Shown here: positions 33,492 through 41,197 of the stretch, in pieces
How positions within the stretch are numbered: position 1 is the stretch's first letter
How the letters are laid out: each line of letters begins with the position of its first letter
DNA from: Atractiella rhizophila
Taxonomy: Eukaryota
Direction of reading: 5' to 3'
Length of the DNA stretch: 41,197 nucleotides
Assembly (NCBI GenBank): GCA_021432655.1
Contig: MU271417.1
Coordinates: forward strand, 27,849-69,045
Notes under the pieces: generated by a model
Seen by the model: the letters and a program-made list of their open reading frames with translations, nothing else
Database searches by the model: none
What the model was told of the DNA's origin: nothing
Position numbers and translations under genes: made by a program

Positions 33492-36231
33492 CTAATCTGA
33501 ATCCAATGACACAACGACGTTTTTGGTCCTATAAACTTTTTCTGGCGGTCTCGTCGGCTTTCCACCAAAATCTGGTAACTCTTCATCCTCACTCTCTTCC
33601 TTGTGTTTCCCTGGTCTGCTTCGAGGTGACGTGTGGGCTTTCGAGCGTTTCGGGCTCTTTCTGATTTCCTCTTCCGCAGGCTCAATATCGGAGGAAATCT
33701 CGACATAGTCCAGCTTCTTCGTCGTCTTCTTCGGACGACGGGGAGCAGCGTTCGGTTTTGAGGAGGTAAAGAAGTCATTCACTTGTTTCTTCGGGGGAGA
33801 AGACGTGAGGTCTATAGGACCAGCGAGATGCAGTTGGGAAGAGGAAGCCGTGAATGGTGCATGAAAGTTCGACGGATCATTGAGGTCTGAAAGGGGATCG
33901 ATGGCGTGAGATCGTTTCTTGGACGTTTTCTTCGCCGCGTTCTCTTTTTGAGACGGAGATGGGAAACCTGCTTGATCCTGCTGAGGGGAGGATGTGAGAT
34001 CAATTGGGCGAACAGGTGTAAGATGTGAGGAGGAAGCGTTTGCAAATGGGTTGCTATTCGAAGGCCCTAGGTCACCATACCGATTCGCCAGTGGGTTGAG
34101 ATTGCCCAGGCGTTCTCTGGAAGGACCTGCTCCACCGTGTTGGAGCTGCTGCTGGACGTCTTCTTCCTCCTGCAAGGGATCAAGAGTCGGAGTTCGATGC
34201 CTTTTCTGTTTGATCGGGTGTCGCTTTTCCCGGTACTGTTCACCCTCCGCATCGCTAGCTGTGGGTATAACGAGGTCGGAAGATTTCTGCTTTCTCTTTG
34301 CTCTCGGCCTCTCCACTCGATGTTCCCCTTCTCCGTCACTAGTCGTAGGGACAACAAGGTTCGCAGTCTTCTTCCTCCTCGCACCTGTCCCCTTCGTCCC
34401 TCCCACGCTATTGGCTTTCTTCTCCTCCCTCTCCCTCCTCTTGAGTTCTTTCTCCCTTTCTTTATCCTCCTTCGCATGCCGCTTCTCTTCTTCCTCCTCT
34501 TCCTTCGCATCCACCAGTTCGGGACAGACCTCTGCAAGTATGATCCTCGGGAGATACTCGTCGATGGGGACAAACGGGTCTTCGAAGATCACGTTCCTTT
34601 TCTTCGAAGGTGAAGCTGGTTCGCCATCCTCATTGTCAGGTATGGGGCGCTCAAAATCGTGTTCTGCCCTTTCCGGAGGGTAGTGCTTGTTGAGATATCT
34701 TCCAGCTACGCGTGCGTATTCGCTCACATCGATCCCAGTCCGATATTCAAGCAAGTCACCAGTGATCGGTTTCGTGCGTTCCAGATCTATGCCCAAAAAA
34801 TCGAAAGCATTGCCGCTCTTCCCCATTGCGCCACGACAGGCAGAGACAGTATCAAGGAAGAGGTCCAGATCGGCTTGTAGGCGCGGATCCTCTAGTTGAT
34901 ACCCGTCCCTCTTTTTCGCTCGCTTCTCCTTGTTCTTTCTCTCAAACGGTATCTCCTCTCCATCCAAGAGCAAGCGCCTGATCCGACGCAGAACCAAGCC
35001 CTTCCACACTCGACTCCTCAGGAATCCCAAAATCCTAATCCTGGGCCAGTCTGTCAGATATTCGATCATGAGTCGAACGATGTGCTTCAGCTCAGGTTCT
35101 TTTTGCCACTTCGGAGGAGCCGCCTCCCATCCAGGTGTATTGTAGCTGGTGACCGGATGTCGATAATAATCCCAAACTGCCATCGCAGGCCAATCGTCCC
35201 TAAATTTTGCCGCGACGACAGCGTTCCTCCTTCCCAACTTTCCGCTCTTATTCGTGGCCAGCTCTGCCTTCACGTCTTCTCTCAACCGCGCTAATTCTCC
35301 GATATCCGAACCGCGTTGAGAGATAGCCTCCAACCTTTCTGCAAATCCGAATTCGGTTGCTAGAGGCTTGGACAGCTTTGGACCTACGCCGACGACGCCA
35401 GATGTGTCGTAGTCTCCTCCCGAAAGCGTGGCCAGAAAAGCAATACGAACGTCTGTGAGGTTGAGGGTGCGAAAGATGGTGGAAGCGTGGTAGAAGTCGG
35501 GCGAAAAGGGTTGGGCTGCATCTTTGGTTGAGATGGCTTTGGACCAGTCTTTCACAACACTCGCAGCGCCGAAGAGGAGCGTGTCTCCATCGCTCTGTGC
35601 ACCACGCAGCATACGGTCCAATAAAATACATTGGCATCATACCATAAATGACAGGAAGACGAAACGCTTACAGTGAACACAACATCAATCTCCCCACGCC
35701 GATTCATCTCTGCCAATTCCGCTTCCGCCTCTCCAGGTGCTTTCCTGGTCTCGAACCCAAACGCCTCCGCGCACTGCTCAATCCAACGCTCGAATGGATG
35801 ACTATGGCCGACTACCCTCTTGTTCCTCTTAATCTTCGGCCGCTTGGGTCCATCGAAGACGAAAACTGGTAGGATTCCAAGATGAAGCAGGACGTTGCAC
35901 CTGAGGAAAAGATTTCGAAACTCGGGATTCCTTTTCACACCATGCCAATTGGTAAATAAATGTGCTCAGGTTCCCAATGACGGATGAGAGACGAGAAGAG
36001 ACACACGAGCCATCCATATTCGTTCCAGCTTGTACAAACCAAATGGACGCATCTATCCCAGCTCGTAGACCACGAAAACCGTTAGAATTTGAGGAGAGTG
36101 CCTCGTAAGCATGTCGGGCAAGATTGGTAGGTTGTTTGCAGGGAGAGAGTATGTCCCAGAGACCAGGGACTCCCTGTGGAAGAACAAAGTCAGTCCCTTC
36201 CTGCAGAAAGAAACAAAGCAGAACTCACCAT
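33492..36231 (-). CDS. GEN1/Yen1-like Holliday-junction resolvase (XPG/Rad2 family)
   Basis: ATG|intron|GVPGLWDILSP..GLRAGIDASIW..LGILPVFVFDGPKRPKIKR..APGEAEAELAEMNRRGEIDVVFT|SDGDTLLFGA..LSGGDYDTSGVVGVG, followed by a long charged, low-complexity C-terminus. Confidence 0.88.
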
Positions 36232-36774
36232 AACTCCAATCCTTCAGTTAATTTCCTAGCGTTTCCTTTGGATTAAAACTCTTTCTCAGGTGCTTTTCTT
36301 GTACAGGCAAGATGTTAGATGTTTGACTTCGGAGTCCAAGTGGAAGTTCTGTCAACATCCAACTGAACGAACCCGCTTCAACATTAATTGATGGACATCC
36401 ACCAACAGCATTCTGAATTGCATCTTGACAGCAACTATGGAGAATCAGAAGATAAGCCGTGAGAGGGGGCTTTGGCCAGGTGTTTAGCAAATCAATAGTG
36501 CCTCAAGAAGTTGGTGGGAAGGTTAGTCCCATCTTTCATGGGACCAGACTGGATGAGAGATTGGGGCGGATTGGTAGATTGCTTCGCTGCCAACGTCCAC
36601 TCGTGAAACCATAAAAGCGAGCGAACCAGCTGCTATGCCTCCTCTCAGAGTTGTTAGAGTTGTTTTGATGTGACTGTGATCTATGTGATTGCGCGACCCT
36701 TTTTCAGATCGTGCAAAGGAACGTGAGTGATCAGTACTCGATCAGTTCCAGATGCCTCTATCTGGCACTGCAAC

Positions 36775-36950
36775 TAGGGATGGCTATCGTGCCGGCAATA
36801 CCGGCTGGACGGTGTCCGGTGACGGTGCCGGACTCCGTCCGTCCACCAAAACGAAAGACGACCAGTTGGACGATGACGAGGACGAGGTGAGCATCATCCC
36901 GTCCGTCCCAGAATAGCGTGGACGACGGCTTCCGGTAGGACGGTCTGGTT
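36775..36950. repeat. Putative left TIR and subterminal repeats of the hAT element
   Basis: TAGGGATGGCTATCG at 36775. GGACGG or CCGTCC(GTCC) in both orientations at about 36807, 36835-36844, 36899-36908 and 36938. Confidence 0.7.
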
Positions 36951-37356
36951 TATAAGGGGGGGGGAGCGATTTTGGTATGGGTAAATGAACTCGGGCTTGT
37001 TGAGCTGTGTCAGAAGGTACGTGGTCTCTAGTTCCTGCTTCAGGTTCTCGGAGTTTGAGGTGGAATTGCTCCTTGCAGGCCCCGCACACCTTATTCACGG
37101 TGTGCAAGAGCTGTTACGTGCCCTGGAAGGTTGGAAAGTCCCTCTCGTTCTCGCCCGTGTTAGTTTCAAGTCTGACTCCATGTGTGAGCACTTTTTCTTT
37201 CCCTGATCCAAGATATTGACATGCTGATCATGTTCTTTAGATGTATTGTTCATGTAACTACTGCAATGCACCCAAGCCTCGTCCGAGTGCTCTTTGCCTC
37301 ATATAAGCGCCTCTCCTTCCATCTTTGACAACTCCCTCAATCGAAGCTGCCATAAA

Positions 37357-40300
37357 ATGGCTGAACCCAATGGCAGGCCGTCGCGGCAGCGGACTCTCAT
37401 TGATATGGTGAAGAGGAACAATGAGGATAACAATGCTCTCAGTCACAAACTCAAAAGAAAGGAACAAAAGGCCGTGTAAGGATCTTTCATTCGCAGCCTG
37501 AGATGCTCGTACTAATGTGATTGACGAGACAGGCTGTCTAACATTCCTGGCTACGAGCATCTGCAACTTCTTCTTAGCGCCTCTCAGAATATGAAAAAGC
37601 ACCACAACCACGTAAGTTTATCCTTACAATGGCGGATGGCTTTCATTTTACCTTTTCAACCAATGTTATTTGGCACTAACCAAGGTTGGTGGGCTTCAGG
37701 TGGATTCGGCACTCTTTAAGAAGGCAACTTCACTTCTTCACCTCCTTGAATCCACGGCTGAAGACGACGAAGACCCATTCACTCGGCATTCTCCGGTTGG
37801 CGACCAACAGCCGTCGATACCGGTTTCCAACAAGGCATCAAAGCCCTTCGTACTCTGTGGGACGGCTTGCTGAAGCTAAATGCTTCAGAGGTAGTCCCCA
37901 AAGTTCTGCTTGATGCCCGGAAGGGTTATGTCTGTTCCGCTGCACAGCATGTTCATGCGGCTTTAGCTGCCGAAGGTCTGGTGAACCATATCGGAGAAGA
38001 CACCGTCTTTCAGGACGAATCTGAAGACTCAGATGTGGTCATGCTGGACCTTGAAGCAGAACCCCAGGCGAGAGAGATTGATAATGACGAGGTGGCGGAC
38101 AATCTACAAAAGAAACAGGTGCCAAAGCGAAGAAACAAGAAGCGGCGAAAGGTTAGTCCTCGTTCCACTTATTTCCTTCATCCTTACTTACACCATATAG
38201 GTTGCCAGAGGTGTCGAGCAAGGATCGAACGGAGAAGGTGGTGTTGCCATTTCTTCGCTCAAAGCGACAGTGCACCAAGACGTGCCAACAGATACAGTGT
38301 GTTTCTTGCCTTCAAAACCCATTCCTATCCTCTTTTTCTCTCATCATGATATGTGGTTTGGTGTCAGCCGACAATTTCGCGATCATTGATCCTTTATTTC
38401 TACAAGCAGACCACAGTCAACCGTGCAAGTGCAGCAGTTCGAGCACGACATCAAGAGGGCGATAGGTATTATCAATGCAGCCATTGCACCAACATTCTCC
38501 GTGTCTCCAAAGCGAGTAATTCCAACTACAAGGGACTTGTTAAACATCTTCACAATCTCTCCAACCATCGCAAGTCTCTTGTGCAGTTTTATGATCTTCT
38601 CAAAGCCAAAAAGGACAATGACTTGGAGATTACGCAAGAGGATGTTGATAAGGCAGCTGGAAGAATTAAGGTATGTTGTCCTCGCTTTGACGTAGTGTTT
38701 GGGTACTGAGTTGCCTTTTCAGATCACAGACTCGGATGGCAAAACTGCACTACTTCAAACTGAGCGCTTAGATGATATTCTAAAGCGCTTAAAACGGCAG
38801 TACGGGTCACAGGTTGGTTTTTGGTCTGATTCTAAGTGCTCCTGCGATTGAACGGTGTGCGTGTATTTACAGCAGTTTGATCAACGCGTGTTTGACGACC
38901 TCCTTCAAAAGTTTATCGTGTCCACGGACCAAGCTTTCTCTCTGACCGAAAATCCTGAGTTCATAGAGTTGATCTACTATGTTCATTGGACTCGATCAAC
39001 GCTGAAAGATGTTACAACTGATGCGAGTACTCAAAGTCCTGTGGCTTCCGTGGATCAGAAAGGCGTAAAGGAGACGAATAAGTTAGAGTTTCCAAGTCGA
39101 AAGGTTATGAAGGAGAGAATTATGAAGATGTCGGAGCAGAGGATGGATGAGCTTGGAACGAGTTTACGTGTAAGTCAGTTTACCTATTGCTTCTCACATA
39201 TCAGTTAATCAGTTTGAATTCGGGGTAGCATATGAAAACAAAAGTTCACCTGTCGTTGGATGCCTGGACGTCGACTCCTTCCTTCTACTCTTTCCTTGCC
39301 ATTGTTGGTCATTTTATCAATGATGATTGGGAACTGGAAGAAATTTGCCTCGACTTCTCAGAGCTTCTCGGTAGCCACACTGGAGACAACATGGCAGATG
39401 TTGTCCTGAAGTGCTTGGATCGCTATCATATTGCACACATGGTTTGTTCCTTTCCCTGGCTTCCTGTGTCCTGCTGTCACTCAACTTTCCTTCACACTTA
39501 GCTCGGAATCCTGATGACGGATGGTGCGAGTAACAACAAAACGCTTGCGGAAGGCGTCGCAAGTCGTCTTGCCAAGAGAGGGATCTATTTCAGTGCATAC
39601 GAACGCCATCTCAATTGCATGCCACATGTCATTCATCTCGCTGCCATCGCACTCCTTGAAACCCTTGACGTCTGGCCAAAGGAGGCGAAGAGTCCTGGTG
39701 TTATTTATCAAGAGTGTGTTACGACCACAGCAGAGGAAGGGGATGCGAGTCAGCTAGGTGAAGAAGAGTTGACTGGGGAGTCGGATGATGCTGTTATGGT
39801 GAAACTCAAAGGTGCTATACCAAAGGTTCGCCTACTCCTCACTGTCTCAGCCGCAAAGTAATAGAAAATATGGATATTCTAGCTCAGGGCGATCATCAAG
39901 CACCTACGTAGTTCCTCACAACGACGGAAGAGCTGGTTGCAACTACTGGAAGATGCTATTGAGACTATCGAGAACATGTCCGATGAGACGTTGAGAATGC
40001 CGATTCTCGATGTGCGGACTCGATGGGGGTCTACGCATGACATGCTTGATCTGGCTGTTAGGTGCCGGGAAGCTTTGAAGGCATATGTGGATCGTCATGA
40101 CCTTGAGTCGCTTGCCTTGTCGGAAGAGGACTGGAATGGGATTGAACTGGTATGATTAGTTATCTCACAAGTGTTGTATTCCCTGATAATTGCCAACTTG
40201 GAGCAGGCAACCAAGTGGCTCGAGGTTTTCCGCAATGCAACGTACGACATGTCTATGACGAAGAACTCCTGCCTTTCGCAAACTCTCGGTGTGTTCCACG

Positions 40301-41197
40301 GTTCGCTCCAACATCTTGAAACCTCTATACGGGAATTCCCTATCTCCCTTGATACGAAATACCGTGGCGCACTCGTTGACGCTTATGACAAGCTTGCAAC
40401 TTGGCACCTCAAATCAGATGCCTCTCCGTACCCTGTTTATTCTATATGTGAGTCCTCCCTTCTGTCAATAAATCGTTCTTGATGCTCAGATTTGCCTCAT
40501 TGTCAGTTCTAGACCCACGGATGGGTATCAAGTATTTTGAGCTGCCCGTATTCTCCAATGCAGACCGAAAAGAGATTGAGAGGCACAAAGACAACTTTGC
40601 GGCTCTGTTTCGGAGAGAGTATTTCAGAGCACCAACTCCTTCCATTGTCGCATCAGATGCTCAAGATGAACAGCAAGGTTCAACAAACTCAAGGAAGAGG
40701 AAACGTGTCAACCTGGCAGCCGATTTAATGAGGTCTCAAGGCAGCGCCGGTCAACCTGAAGACTTGGCTCAAAAAGAACTCGAATATCTTTTTGAACATA
40801 AGCAACTTGACTGGGCCGTCAATCCGCTTCTATTCTGGAAAGAAGAATCGCACAAGAATCCTCCCAACCTTTCTCGTATGGCACGGGATATCCTTTCCAT
40901 GCCAGGAAAGTAATCTCATGGCAGCTTTGGGTAGCTTGTTGATGCCGAGTATAGGGAGTGCGGTGGCGGTAGAGCGCCTTTTTTCTGGTGCTCGTGATAC
41001 CATTGGAATCCGAAGAGCTCGCTTAGATCCTGAATCTATTCGAGCCCTCATGTTTCTCAAGGTTTCACTGAGGATGGACCGTGAGAAGAGGATTGCTGAG
41101 CTGAAGCGAGAGATGGAAAAGGCATTGGGCATGGGAATACACAGTAAGTTGAGCACATCGGATCTTCAAGGGTATTTACATATTCTGGCTCTCAATC
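37357..41197 (+). CDS. hAT transposase (intron-rich, 3' end possibly incomplete)
   Basis: BED-like YQCSHC..LVKHLHNLSNH; FIVSTDQAFSLTENPEF; LSLDAWTS (D); MTDGASNN (D); CMPHVIHLA (CxxH); LDVRTRWGST; LDPR; dimerisation region LLFWK..LSRMARDILSMP..SAVAVERLFS (E). Ten or more introns; the start codon is approximate. Confidence 0.92.

Larger units (their letters stand above)
36775..41197 (+). mobile_element. hAT-superfamily DNA transposon (left end and transposase; right end lies beyond the window)
   Basis: Begins TAGGGATGGC (Ac-like hAT terminus), followed by subterminal GGACGG/CCGTCC repeats and then a hAT transposase gene. Confidence 0.85.

Overview
Intron-rich fungal genomic DNA (most likely a basidiomycete; introns mostly 45-70 nt) from a gap-filled assembly that probably contains uncollapsed haplotypes. 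Two blocks that directly follow N-gaps (824-~6540 and 30973-~33080) are written backwards without complementation. They look like noise in the six-frame track, but when un-reversed they encode real genes whose exons splice in frame onto exons in the normal flanking sequence: the last exon of a triple Zn(II)2Cys6 protein, a large acidic protein, and a Reb1/DMTF1-type Myb protein. The main biological feature is three Zn(II)2Cys6 genes with 3, 4 and 1 binuclear clusters around a cystathionine gamma-synthase gene that has a ~1 kb first intron. The four-cluster gene is built from a repeated exon module with 20-nt micro-exons. Also present: AP-2 sigma, a secreted protein with two CBM19-like repeats, a ~2.4 kb tandem duplication (BET3 plus neighbours), two XPG/GEN1-family nucleases, Vps71/Swc6, a small Stf2/Tma10-like gene with an intron-split ATG, and the left part of an intron-rich hAT transposon. 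All gene models were read by eye and none was checked against a database.
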